A stretch of DNA of 63,029 nucleotides, counting the filler, from Choristocarpus tenellus KU-1152 (Eukaryota; Protista; Phaeophyceae): assembly GCA_964200185.2 (NCBI GenBank). It is 10 parts of 10 records of this genome, joined end to end, with 100 filler letters (N's around TTAATTAATTAA, not from the genome) between each part and the next. Parts side by side here need not be neighbours in the genome. Positions count along the whole stretch, not along the records: positions 47,597 to 58,336 come from CAXNAD020002747.1; positions 58,437 to 63,029 come from CAXNAD020013872.1; 8 more parts are not named here. One strand, given 5' to 3'. Of the stretch, positions 50,361 through 63,029 are shown one piece after another. The position numbers and the translations under genes were made by a program. Each line of letters opens with the position of its first letter. The stretch's first letter is position 1. The notes under the pieces are model-generated. The model saw only the letters and a program-made list of their open reading frames with translations, was not told the DNA's origin and made no database searches.

Positions 50361-53300
50361 ACACCACAGATTGGATTTGATTTGTCCAACATTATTTGGA
50401 GCTTTCCATAGGTAAGGTGTTGAGGTTAAACCCATGACGGTTAAAAGATGCCATGTAGTGTAGGGCTTCTTGGCCTTGGGTTCAACAGCAACAACAACAA
50501 TGCCGTTGTTTGCTGATGATTATTGAAAGTGGCAGTTACTTGAACCTCAACGAAGGTCTCATCCAGAAGTTAGCCCCTTTCTCGGTAAGAGACAGTGGCT
50601 GCATTAAAGAGTGCCCCCACATGGAATAACACATCCATACGGAAATTATACAAAATGGTGAAGGGGTTTATGGGCACTCGTCATCTGCCTGCAGATGCCG
50701 CCCAGTTTTTGGTGTAACATTTTCTTCTGTGTATCAGTGCACAATAACACAGTGTTCAACTGTTTGATCAAACTATTTCATAAAAACATTAAAATTGTCT
50801 CTACCCGCATAGTCTTGGACAATTATAATGAAAAATGACATGCCAATAATGTACTGTCCACCCATTCAACTATTCACATACACGTAATATATCCTACTTA
50901 CAATATACTAGTCTAATGTATATACTATTCTGTTCCCTTTATTCATGAAGATATGTGAGGGCAGGGAAAAAGTCAAGATGAAGGCTACGAAAACTTCGAA
51001 TACAAGGAAGAAAACGAACAGAAGACGTAAGAGAAAACATCCTCAAATAATAAAACAGTATTTAGCATACACTGATAATGAGGGTGATAGTGGCTTGGTC
51101 GAACTTAGTGGCTGCTTCGGCATTACGTGCATTTAGTTATCACAGCTTCCTTGGCATGCCACTCTGCAATGAAGCTCGTTGTGCCGTCACTACATACTTG
51201 TACCACTTCTGTTGGTTAGTGGCCCTGGTGCTCCAACCCTCAACAGCAATTCCAACAACTTCTCAAGGTTGTGTTGGAGGCATGTCCACCAGTTCTTCTC
51301 CTGTCCACCTTATTTTCGTTTTCTAGCTGCAAATCCACAAACATCAACACCTCGAGAAGTATCTCATTCCCTATGTGTGCAACTGACACAGAAAATGTTA
51401 GTCTCCGCATGCGCACTGTTGCCTCAAAACTCTCTCACAGAGTCTTCACAATATTTTCTTTCTAGGATCAGTGGGTTCTCTTTGCGGAATCCATTACAGT
51501 GGAGGAGTAATTTGTAGTGGTGAGATCGGAGCTTCAGACAATGAACCTGGTCTAGTGCTCACGTCATCATTAAACCACGAAACAGAAAATCAAGCACTTC
51601 AGTCTTGGTTGAGCACACGAATCTTTAGCTCAAGTGATACACCTGAGGGGTTGTCGCAAAGCACTTGTATGTGCGTAAACAACTCGATGTTTCTGAATCC
51701 TGGCATTGTTGCTGATTAGTGTAGGCTTAGTCGACTAAAAAATCGATGCATACATGAATATGTTAAAATATAATACTAGTACTCGACTGAAATTAAAATG
51801 CACTCGTAAGGCACGGATTGGGATACTCAATTTGCCGAGACACGGGAGGATAGTGGGCCTTTCACTCAACACGTTGAGTCAGCTTGACGGATTTCTCCCC
51901 CTGAATTTGGTCTTATTATGGTGAACCGTTTTTTAGGGGTGGAAGAGGCACTGTTCAATGGCTTCCCAGTGGAGGGATGTAGGAGGCAAGGGGTGGAAAC
52001 TGGTCATGCTAGGATGTGCCCCTGAGCTGGTGACCAAGTACAACAGTCCTCATCTATGATCTGGCAACTGGGCAACATCGGCAGACAATTCGGTGTCCCC
52101 TGCATCTTGGAGGATGGCAGCCCCTTCACATCAATCATCACAATTCCTCTATGGATGCGGTCTTCCATGCAGGAACTCTATCCAATGCAGCTACTGCCCC
52201 CTACAGAGAACAGGGACTGCTCCTGGATGTGAGCTTTCTGAAGAACAATCGGACTGCCACCTCCACAACTCACCAATAAATAATGATTTTTCTGCTGCTG
52301 CAGGGGAGGCCCATAAGCGCTACTACTACGAGGGATCATTTGATCCACGTAGTTAGAACCTCAACACACTCGAGGTGGAAAGTTTTGGGTATCTTGGTAC
52401 ACGAGTAGAGCTATTTCTAATGAGGTTGCAACATATGTTGTAGGAGGTAGGGGGACAGAGGGATTCACCAGAAAAGGAAATGAAAAATCCGAGTCGATGC
52501 AGATTATTTCAGTCACTGTTCAAGTGTCATATCCAAGAAGTGTTTCGCGGTTTTTAACTAGAGACTTCTGGTCCATGAGCCGGGTGAGGCTTGACAGATT
52601 CACGGGATTCTTCTCTTGATTCTCCCCCACCGTCACAACCAGTTTTTGGAGTGTTCCTTTTTGTTGTTTTCTGGTAAATTTATTCTACATATAATACCAA
52701 TCAATGTGTACGTGATTCTTAATACGAACTTTCCTTTCTGTGTGGTTGTATCTTTGTTGTGTTGTTAAAAATGGTCTTTCTTCTTCATGGTTTTGGTTAT
52801 GATACTATCTTTTGTTCCTTCTCCCGTCAAACATTATATTTGTTGTTTGTATATGACAATCTGTGCAATGTGCAGTGCGTACCACTACCAACTACTTATT
52901 ACTTCTAGAAAAAATTATTTTGTTTTGCTTTTTGAAGATCATTGAAGTTTACTTCCTCAAAAAACCAAATTGTGTGTATAATATGATTCCCAAACCCTTC
53001 CATCATCAGTTAGCGTCACACTACTGTATTACTAGTACGTTTGATTGTTTAAAAACGGATTATATTGTTTTCTATTTTGTACATTATACCCACGTCACGT
53101 CACTTGAAGGTTAGACTCGTGCTGAGGTTGCAAAATTGAGAATTGTGCACGTACCTTAAAAAGCATTTAAAAATAATCACACTCTTGTAGGTATCAGTGA
53201 GGGCGAGAGTTTGCTCGTGAGGAAGGTTCAGCAACCTGTCAAGAAGGGGAGACTTGAAAGGAGGTCTTCCGCAACGGGTCAACCCTCTCGAGTCGACGTG

Positions 53301-53412
53301 CCCTGAATGCGCTTGTGACGTTTTTGCCGTTCGCCAGGACACCTCTTTTTTAGATCCCCGGATTCCAGTACTATATTCTCGAGCACATTTGGATCCCAGT
53401 CGCTCCTCCAAA

Positions 53413-56400
53413 ATGGGTCTTGGTAGAAAGAAAAATGTCACCCCCCCCCCTCCGCCGCTGCCGACGACCCTGGAGAGGCTGGAGGGACACTTCTCATGTG
53501 CGAAGACGGCAGTAGTCGGGTACGCTGAATCAGCTGGCACAAAGGCCAGTGAACTTTCTTCCAACGCCAGCGCGAGCATTGGAAGTGTGATAGGCATGGA
53601 TATTCCCGAACATACAGCGGGTATTGCTGTTGTCGCACTATTTTTTTCCCTCGCTGTCGTCCTGTTACTGCGTTGTCTCGGTTCAAGAAAATCCAAAGAT
53701 AATGGAACGGAACGCACTCTTGTTGTTGAAGAGTTTGCACCAACTGGCGATGCCACCTCCAGTGGACGGGGGCTTGGTGATATTTCTGTGGAGACAGTAA
53801 CACTGGTTGGAACAAGTACAACACAGAAGATGTCAGCCGAGCTAAATGCCAGCGATACGTCGGGGGTACAAGGTCTGGCAGAAGACATGACAGGGTCGCT
53901 GGAGTCGGCGATAGAGGATGCGACAATCAAGGCTTCGGCGGCTACAGATGCTGTGGAGAAATCTGTGAATGAGGCAATTGTTGGAGTGAAGGTAAGGCCC
54001 GATGCGGTGGAGTGAAGGGGTTTCATTTGGTCACATATTTTCTTTGCACTAACTGGGATCATGCACATATACAACACAACCAAGTTATGGTGAGATTTTG
54101 CCATCAACTTCCTCTACTTGGATAATTCTTTACCTGCCGCTTGTTGTACCGCCGACGTGAACTATTCTGTGATTGATGCCTTGTGCTGCTATACTGGGTT
54201 CTGCTGTAACTACTGTGTCAAGGGTCTATATTTCGTCAGGGGTGTACAATCTGCTCCAGGCAACCCCTGCTTGAGTCGCATCAGGTTACCACGTTGCGTT
54301 GCAATGGTTGTGTGGAGTCTGCGCTAGACGTAACCTCTCTATATATTTTTTCCCTTGCCTTTTGGTACAATCTACCCCACAACCCATTCCTCCCCTATCT
54401 TTTGCCCTTCCAAACATACTGCATTAGCCAAAAGTCAGAATTTTGGGCATTCTTTTGCCCTGCCTGGTTGTACATACATGCAAGATATGAAAATTTCTGT
54501 AGCTCCTATTTTGACAATAACCTTGGCATCCACTGTGCATTCCCACTTCTCATTGCATTTGCCAACCCTGGACACTCCACGTTTCTGCTGGGTGCTAAAA
54601 TACCTTCAGGAGGTCACCGACAGTGCCATAGCTGCTCCCATAGCTAGTGTCTCAGAGGTATGTGCAGCCCATGAATACCATATGTAGGTGAGGTAGTGAA
54701 GCCGTCCTCTTTCTCTTTGACTGTCTTTATTTGATAGTTTTCCACCATCTCACTCCATACTTTTGACCTGTTGTGGTCATTTTGATGTAGTTGAAAACAA
54801 GACCAGAATCAAAATCCTCCCCTTATGCCCTGATTCCCTCCAGGAATTTCAGTGGAAGTAGGGTAAGAAGGGGACCAGTGTGCTAGCAAAAGAGCTGGGT
54901 TACCTTCAGCGGAAAGGTTTTGTTCTCGTCTCTTGACAAGGACACTGATAATTTTGCCCACAACTCGTCATCTTGTTCCATCCTCTACTGCCTTCCCAAC
55001 CATCCTGAGAGGCTGCAGGTTGAAGCAGCGCCGACGATGGAACCCAAAATTGATGCTGTTGTGGAGTCCCCTCCCTCGACTTCTCGAGACCTGGCCATTC
55101 CCGATGAAACTGCTGCGGGAGTCGAGGCCCAAGAGAACGTTACCGATGCTTTGGATGGTGCTCAGGATGTGGTGGCGAACCTCCAACAGGGTGCCCAGGA
55201 GGCTTCTGCGTGAGTGTGGTTGATCTTACGTCTTGCACACTTATCCACATATATTTATTGGGATTGATTGTGACATGGAGGTGCATGGGTGGATACAGGG
55301 TTCGTTGTAGAGATTTTTATTTCCTGTAATAGTCTCGTGATAGGTCAAGCATGTGCACTTTGGAGGGGAAGGGAGGAGGGCTGTGCGCTTGTGTTTTTGT
55401 TTCTTAAGTGTTCAATGAGGGCTGGTCTGTGAGAGGTGGGACCACGGTTCTCCCTCAAGGAAATGTAGCAGGGGAGAGATTGGACTGCATGGGTAGAGGG
55501 GAGAAGGATCGAGGGAGTGTACTATGTAGAGGAGAAGGAAATGGATGTAGAATGGATGGTCAAGTTGTGCACCTCGTGTGATTTTCCTTGGCCTCTTTTT
55601 TGCATCTGCCCTAAGTCTTGTGGGAGGGTGGGGCTAATTTGAGGTTAGGGTTTGTTTTGGGTTTGGGTTTGTACTTTGGTAGTGGTGCTTTCTGTCTGCT
55701 TTGCAAATGTGTCTGTTGGTGGGACACTGTGGATGTCACTTTGATGACGCAAGGACTATGATTTGAGGGTGGGGAAAATACTTGTTTCTTAGTTTTTTTC
55801 TGTTCTATCTTCTGTCGTTTGTGCCTTGGATACATGCTAGGTTTGTGTAGACCTTGAGTCAAGGGAATAATGTTGCTGAGATATGCTCTTCATACCCCCG
55901 TTGCTTGACAAAACCCTCAACTGCTCCCAAGATTTCCGACCCCCAATACTGTACAACGCCCTCCTGCCCTCTCCATGGAGAACCAAAGATGGTAAGTAAA
56001 GCAACACTTTCCCCTCTCTTCCCCCTTGCTCCTGAATCCTTCCACGCCCCTCGCTCTGCCGTTGCACTGTCCCTCCTTACCCTCACTCCATGGGGACAAC
56101 CCCTCATGGGCTCTGTTCCCACCCTCAGCCCTGCAGCTGCCGTTGCAGCTGGGGCTGAGGCTGTCATTAATTCACCGACTGTTGTTGCTGAGGATGCCTC
56201 TACTGCCATTGAAACCCTTGCAGTTGAAATCCCTGACAATGAAATTCCTGTGGTTGAGACTCCAGTGGTCGAGACTCCAGTGGTTGAGACTCCAGTGGTT
56301 GAGACTACAGCGGTCGAGACTCCAGTGGTTGAGACTCCTGTTGTTGAAACAATGACAGCACCCGACACTGGCTCTAGCATGCCCTGTCCCCCTGTCTCTC

Positions 56401-56799
56401 ATGACCTTGCCAATCCCGACACAGCTATGCCACCTGCAGAGGTTATTGCCTCCATCCCCACTGTCGAAGTCCCTACTGTTGAATCAGTGGTGGTTACTGA
56501 GACGGGCCCTACCATGCTGTCTCCCCCTTCTGTCAGTGCTGACCCAGGTGCAGCTGTCCCAGGCACCGAGGTTCCTGGTTCCATTACTGATCCCCTCACC
56601 CAACCTGCAGGTGCAGAACCCGCCAAAGCCGGCGATTTGTCACTGGCTCCACCCACAATAGCCCCAGCCCCAGCCCCAGCCCCAGCCCCAGCCCCAGTTG
56701 CAACCACAGCCCCCCCCACACCCCCAGAGGAACAGCCTGTAGCCTCGAAGGCTCCGGGCGCTCCCACTGTGGAAGGCACCGCCACTGAACTCCTTGAGG

Positions 56800-56852
<53 letters not shown>

Positions 56853-57278
56853 GTGGCTCCGATGGCAACAATGCCTCCCTCCACCGAGAAGGATGTTGAT
56901 TCTGCTCTCGTTTCTACCCTGGCGTCTCCACTTGCTGACCCTAGCCCTGCAGTGACGGTTGCTTCTGACACCACTTTGTTGGCCCCCCCCTCCGCCGTTG
57001 AAACCGCTGTCGCCCCCATTGCCGCTGTCGTGGCCGATGCGGTCAGTGCGACGGGTGCCACCCTCACTGAGGGCATTCAGACTGTTGCTGCTGCCGCTGC
57101 TTCTGCCACGGCAGAGGTGGGGGGTGAGGCGCTGGCGGAGGCTGAGAAGAAGGCCGCGGGAGCCGGTGCGAGTGGCTTCGCCACAGTCACCACGGAGAAG
57201 TTGGGTGGTGCTCTGGACAAGGTAGAAGAGGTGGCCGCACTGAAGGCCGGTTTGGTCGTGGATGACACGAAGGTGTGA
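53413..57278 (+). CDS. Hypothetical single-pass membrane protein with a long acidic Ala/Pro/Val/Thr/Glu-rich region, ~655 aa; exons 53413-53991, 54610-54657, 55019-55209, 56129-57278
   Basis: Long ORFs of matching composition joined by phase-compatible GT-AG introns (donors GTAAGG, GTATGT, GTGAGT). TM-like AGIAVVALFFSLAVVLLL followed by RCLGSRKSK. VETPV repeats (~56247-56351), (PA)n and (PE)n. Confidence 0.75.
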
Positions 57279-58336
57279 GATTATGCGTGGTTGGGGGGGG
57301 GGGGGATTGATTTGAATATGTGTGTGTGTGTGTGTGTATTGTTCCTTTCTGGTCGCAATTTTGTTCTGCTGATGTGCAGGCTGCTGTTGCATGCCGTTTG
57401 TTTTGTTGTGACCTTGTTCTGGAATTAGAGATAGCCTTTTCTTTTTTGTTTTGTTTTGGTTATGTGAATTGCTACAGTTTGATCGAGAGGCGATTCTTGT
57501 ATGTGAAGATTATTCCGAGGTTGTAATGACAAACTTTAGCATTTGTACATATAAATTGTGTACGGGAATTGATTTGAACCTCCCCCTCGTGGTGCTCAGC
57601 GTTTCCTCGGCGGGATCGTAACTATTGCTGCAAGTTATTATACGCTTTGATTAGATGGAGTGCATCAAATCGTTTTTTGAATCGATCAATGAAAATAGTA
57701 TTTGTTGTTTACATATACATAAACATGTATCTTTGTAAGGTTTCCTATTGGACAAGGTCCTCGGTCACTCCCTACCTACCACGCCAGCCCAATTGCTTGC
57801 TTGCTTGAAGGTACCTTGAGCTAGAGAAGGTGGGAAAGGGTGCAAGATTGCAGTAGGAGACATTGAAAATCTGAGAGTTTCAGGGAGATGTTTTGATGCC
57901 TTGAAATACTACGTGGAACAATTCTGTGATACTGCAGAGCCTTGTGAGAAATCTAATAAACCTGGCCTCTCTTTTTTTGCGGTTTGAATACCCTTAATCA
58001 CCTTTGTCCAAAATTTTGTCTTAAGAACATGTGGTGTGAATGCAGATTCCGGGAGTGTGTTTCCTGTTAACAACTCTGGCCTTGACAAGTGTCATTTTTC
58101 TGAGAATACTTCCGAGCCCAGCTAGGATTCCATGTCTGGGTGCCCCCCCTCCCCCTGTTCTTGCACGACCACTTGGATGGAGTGCACTACATTTTTGATA
58201 CACATGTAGTACATGTTACACCACAGGTGGACCTGTGATTCTCAGTACCAAATGCCTCCCCTACAATAGAAACCCTTTTGTTCACTCTTTTTTTTTTTTT
58301 GTTCTTGTGTTGTTGGATTATTCAGTGCATGAGCCC

Positions 58337-58436
58337 NNNNNNNNNNNNNNNNNNNNNNNNNNNNNNNNNNNNNNNNNNNNTTAATTAATTAANNNNNNNN
58401 NNNNNNNNNNNNNNNNNNNNNNNNNNNNNNNNNNNN
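58337..58436. other. Artificial contig linker
   Basis: N44-TTAATTAATTAA-N44. Confidence 0.98.
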
Positions 58437-58565
58437 TTCTGACGGTGTTGCCTGCCCCCCCCCCCCCCCCTCCCACTCATACATACCCTGTTGGCGTGGT
58501 AATAACGATGCCTCATCCTGGCTGGCTGGGTGCATAATATTTTCCGTTTTCTGCCCATCGCGAAG

Positions 58566-61500
58566 GTGAGCGTTCCTCCTCCGGCGAAAACAACTCTACA
58601 AAATTGGCAGCAAGGCGTAAAGTCCCTTCGACCAGAGTCCTTCGAGTTACTGAAGGAAGAGTGTGAGATATCATCACCACAGGTCGACCGCAATGCAGCC
58701 ACACTGAACTATCTGAGTCACGAGGAGTTTGCCGGTTTCACTTCTCTCAAGCAGGGACTATGCATCCATCTGCTTGCTAGGCAAGTCAAACCACCACTGT
58801 GTTTTATCGTGTAGACAGTAAGCGCAATGTGTGCAGGTCGCAGCACATTGCACAGGAACGTTCAATAAGCATCTCCTACGATGAAGAATGTAGTCGGCCA
58901 TTGTTGTATCGAACGAAGAACCCTTCGTAGTATTGTGGAAATACTACCTGCAGTGTTTGTTTCCTGTGAATGTGCGCTCTTGTCTTTTCTGAGCTACAAC
59001 AATCGTTCCATGAATATTTTCTGCAGTGGCAACCCTTTCCTCATCGTTACCTGCGCATCGTTCTCGTTGACGTCCTTCATGACCATTCTCTTTTTGCAGG
59101 TACAAGTCGTTCAACGGGAAGGTTCCTATGGCGAGGGACTACAAGGACATCGAATCGGACGCGCACATGTCTGAGATGCTTGTCTCGCGCACCAGGCAGA
59201 TTGTACCCAAGGAGAAGTGGACACCAGAGCTCCAATGGTCGGTAAATGGTGTAGTTGCAGCTGTTATCGTTTTTTGCCTTTTCCCTATCTCCTGTGCACC
59301 CATACGTCGCCATGCGCCCCTCAATTGTAAAATATACTCTCAGCGTCTTTTTCGGCACCCCACGCATTGATTGTTGCAAAACTACTCTGAATTTCGGACG
59401 TTTCGTGAATGATACACAGGCTGCCAGGGAAATGGACAGGCTCGCATATGAGAAGTGCAATATGCACGAGCCCCACCATGAGGAGAGGAAGAGGGAGGTG
59501 GCCCAACTTCTGCAGAAGGTTTCATCTGGCGACCAATAAGTGGGGCCCCTTCGGCAGCTGAGGGCAAACATCTCGACGGTAGTCGGAATGAAACCTCTGC
59601 AATGGGTCAGAGCCGTGAGTGTGCCCCCTGTGTTCGTAATTACAATTATGCTGACTTGTACAAAAACAATTAGTTGACGCTTGGTAGGATTGGTGGTGGG
59701 TCTTCGTCATCATAATGAGCAACAGAGTTGCCTTCCCTACAACAAACGATGCTGTTTTGTCAAATCTAGTCTTTCGTTGCTGAGTGAAAGTATCTTAGAG
59801 AGTACGAGTTTTGCCCTGTTTGTCCATTTGGGGCTTGACTTCCCTTGGGTTTTTTTATGACATTTTCCTACTCCAAAATATTTCGGAGTAGCTAAAATGT
59901 ATGTTATGAAAAGGTATGTCCGGAGCAAGGATATTGACACTTCCTAACAAACACGATAGCCAAAAATTATATCAAAATCGCAACATTGGATTTTGCCCCC
60001 CAAACGGACGTGGGTCTACCCTCTAAGATACTTTGGCTCTGCTAATAGCGGGAATAGCCAAACGTTTCCTTCAACTCTAGGCAACGATCTTGGTCAATCT
60101 CCACCTCGTTTCTGCCTCCAACACGTGTCACTGTCGTAGCCTACAGACAGGCTGGCGTCCTCGACATTGAATTCTTTCAAACTATTTCGCCCCGCAAGCC
60201 ACCTCCACTAGACACGTTCACCACGTCAACCGTATTGTTTGCTCTGTTCGATTGACATGCTATCGTTCTTCCATTACACTCCCCCATTTTTGACGACACC
60301 ATCGTCCCCTCCTCTCCTCAACAACGTCCTCCACCGTTTCCACCACCAGATTCTCGAGAAGGACTCAACTCTACGCGCTTACCTCACCACCTGGGATGGG
60401 AAATACCAGGATGTCCTCAACCAGGTCAACCTCCACCAGGTTCACAGCGGGTGGGGCTGTGATGGCGGCGGTGCAGACGTCGAGAGCAACAACGGATCGG
60501 CATCAGATGACCATGAGAAAGAAGACGAGGGAGGGTGCGAACACAAAGGAGGGGACGAAGACAAGGGAGGGGACGGACTGCCAGAGAGGGAGGATACGGG
60601 CAAAGGGGGTTCTGTCGGCAGCGTTCCTGGTGCGGACGAAGAAAAAACGTCCATGGAGGGTGGAACGCGGGCGTTTGCTGTACTGAATGCAATCCTCCAC
60701 CTACGTCTCAGTGAGTAATGTAGTTGTAACGGTGCACACAGGGATGGCGGGCAATTAATGGCGTAAGATTGGTTTCCATCCAATCCCCCGAACGGCTAAC
60801 TAGGTTGTCTCTTTTCAGCGGTGCACGCCATTGAGCCAAAGTATCTTAGAGGGTAGAGCCGTGTCCATTTGAGGACCAAAATCCAATGTTGCGATTTTGA
60901 TTCAATTTTGGCCATCCCATTTCTTAGGAAGTGTCAATATCCTTGTTCCGGTGACACTTTTTCACAATGCATACAATTTACCTACTCTAAAATAAATTGG
61001 AGTAGGAAAATGTCATTAAAAAGAAATGGAGAGCCAAGGCCCAAACGGACAAACAGGGCAAGAGTTGTACCCTCTAAGGTACTTTCACTCCATTGAACCG
61101 GTGGATCTTGCGGGGTCCCTCTGTGTGTGTTGCTGCGGTCGCTACCCCCACATCTCTTAATTTGCCACAGCCCGATTGTGTGTTAATGCATGTACATCAC
61201 CGACTTTTGTATCTCACCTGTACTACTTCGTACTGAGCCAAAGTATCTTAGAGGGTAGATCCGCGTCCATTTGGGGCCCAAAATCCAATGTTGCGATTTG
61301 ATATGTTTTTGGCTATCGTGTTTGTTAGGAAGTGATAATACCCTTGTTCCGGACACACCTTTCCATAGCATATACATTTTNNNNNNNNNNCCCCAAAATG
61401 GACAAACAGGGCAAAACTCGTACCCTCTAAGATACTTTCACTCACTGTTTTGCGCCGCCAATTCGTGGTCCTTCATAACCGTGGATCCCCTTGTTGCGTT

Positions 61501-63029
61501 GTTGAGCCCAAATAGTGATTTGGAAAAATAATATCTTGTCTGTTTGACGCTCTCGTTCGATGCCACGCTCGACAGGTATTCATGCCCAAAGTGCTCCAGC
61601 ACGCATATGGGCGAATGTGCCTACGTGGAGATTGTGGGCGACGAGAGGCCCAAGGATCGATTAATTATCAATTGCCCCATGGCACAGGAGGGCAGTGAAG
61701 GGTCTGGATCGGTGGGAACAAAGCGGCAGGTCGGGGTAGGGGCAGGGGCAAGGGTAAGGGTCACGCAAGGAGTGCGGGCGGGTCACCCACCAGGTAAAGC
61801 CTTTTACGCCCCCCCTCACGCAGCGAAACAGCGGACATGGAGAAGTGCATGTGGGTTTCGGCGTGGTTGCACATTATACGGACATACAAGTCATATCTGC
61901 GTGTTCGGTTTTACGTTGGTTTGCACGTGGGTCTTGGATGCTTGTACATCATGTGGATTGCTCGTCCTTTGTGAGTTGGATGTGACGTTTTTTTGGAGAT
62001 TTCCATGGGCCATGGAACTTAGTGTTTTGACGTCTACCCTCCTTCCACGAGATATATCTGATGGGTCTGGCATTGTGGAGGGTACGGCTTGACATTTTGG
62101 GGATGCCGTGGAAATATTGTCAGGACCTCACTAAATGATACGATTGCCTGCACCGTTGCTTACGACGCTGTCCTTCTTGTCGTGCTGTCTGTGCACTGTG
62201 TCGTGTGTCATGATGTCCAACCAGGACTGAGAACACTGCACTACATGACCTTCGTCCTCTCGACCCTACGATACCCTTAGACCGCCTGAAAGAGTTCGCC
62301 TTCCGCAACGCACCAAAGCTCGCCATAGTATCCATTGCCGCCGAGCCAAGACTTGTCAATGACGAAGAGGCGACCAATACACACTTGCACCAGGTGGTTA
62401 AGTGCTTGCAGGTGAAGATACATCCTCAGGGCACCATTGCGCTATTTGTGCCCCACCCGTGGGCCATGCAAGCACACCGCCTAAACAGTGAGTTGCAGAG
62501 TTCACCAGCGCTGAAATACGGGGTGTATTGCAGGAGACTATTGTAATCCGCCATGGCCGTTATCAGTCCGTCCGTGTGCCCATCGAATATTGTGCGGCCG
62601 TTCAGGAGATGCGGATTATATCGTGTGTCTTTCTTTTTCGCTTTCCCCATGTTGTTTCATGTTCTTCGTACCTTCTATTTCCTTTTGTGTCTCTTACTCT
62701 TTCCCCCGGGTCCTTCATAGTTCTTTGTTTCATTGTCCGCGGATCTCATGCTGGTGTTACTTGTCTTCACTACATTATTTTTGCCGTCTTTCCTTCTATT
62801 ACAGAATTTCCTATTGTTTGCCTTTTTTTCATTTTTTATTTGCCTTGCGTTCCACACTCATTGTACTATTATAATGTTAGTAGTATGTGATTTCATGAAT
62901 CCCAACGATAACTACTTGTGTTATGTCACTGTCAAGTTTGACACATGCCGAACCCACGCGCTCGCTCCCGCCTTCTCTTCATTCAGGGGCTCTTATGGTG
63001 TCGAAGGTGGGCTTGGTTGTGGAGGATCA
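58566..63029 (+). CDS. Partial multi-exon gene of unknown function; predicted exons 58566-58780, 59100-59237, 59344-59518, 60350-60710, a small exon starting at 60819 (MITE-interrupted), 61576-61793, 62281-62487, 62987-end
   Basis: GC-richer, coding-like blocks with pyrimidine-rich acceptors and compatible phases. Contains an acidic Gly-rich stretch and CPKC..H..C. No family recognised. Start and stop are not seen. Confidence 0.6.
59782..60039 (+). mobile_element. MITE family A, TSD TGCT, intronic
   Basis: TGCT|GAGTGAAAGTATC ... GATACTTTGGCTC|TGCT. Confidence 0.93.
60833..61090 (-). mobile_element. MITE family A, TSD CATT, apparently exonic
   Basis: CATT|GAGCCAAAGTATC ... TACTTTCACTC|CATT. 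Confidence 0.93.
61235..61443 (-). mobile_element. MITE family A spanning a 10-N scaffold gap (61381-61390)
   Basis: Both TIRs present. The flanks share ACT. Confidence 0.85.

Noticed and set aside
52530-52625. Faint resemblance to 18S rRNA (GGTCCA...GTGAGG.TTGACAGATT...TCTTGATTCT)
   Set aside because: Short, gapped and not extendable by eye; an Infernal/BLAST search would be needed.
53100-54107. 335-aa minus-strand ORF and the minus-strand ORFs at 55859-57392
   Set aside because: Antisense shadows; splice signals and the TM segment support the plus strand.

Overview
Eukaryotic nuclear DNA from a chlorophyll c alga. It is most likely an ochrophyte (brown alga or relative), inferred from an intron-containing LHCX/LI818 gene with an ASAF-type bipartite plastid presequence. 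The window is NOT one locus: ten contigs are joined by artificial N44-TTAATTAATTAA-N44 linkers, so adjacency across linkers carries no information. Supported genes are two identical convergent LHCX genes in the ~3.66-kb arms of a contig-length inverted repeat (18393-30483), a 4-exon FYVE+PH gene (minus strand), a 4-exon single-TM acidic low-complexity gene, and a partial multi-exon gene of unknown function. The rest is rich in transposon debris: a decayed plant-type mariner transposase, a hAT dimerisation-domain fragment, probable Copia and LINE RT remnants, and three MITE families with related termini. The three strongest leads are: (1) a MITE that appears to sit inside a coding exon and whose TIRs carry GT/AG sites that would splice it out in frame (introner-like); (2) the LHCX palindrome; (3) GAG...CTC MITEs with 4-bp TSDs (Sola2-like) that share terminal motifs with a 3-bp-TSD family. 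All exon models and family assignments were made by eye, without database searches or RNA data.
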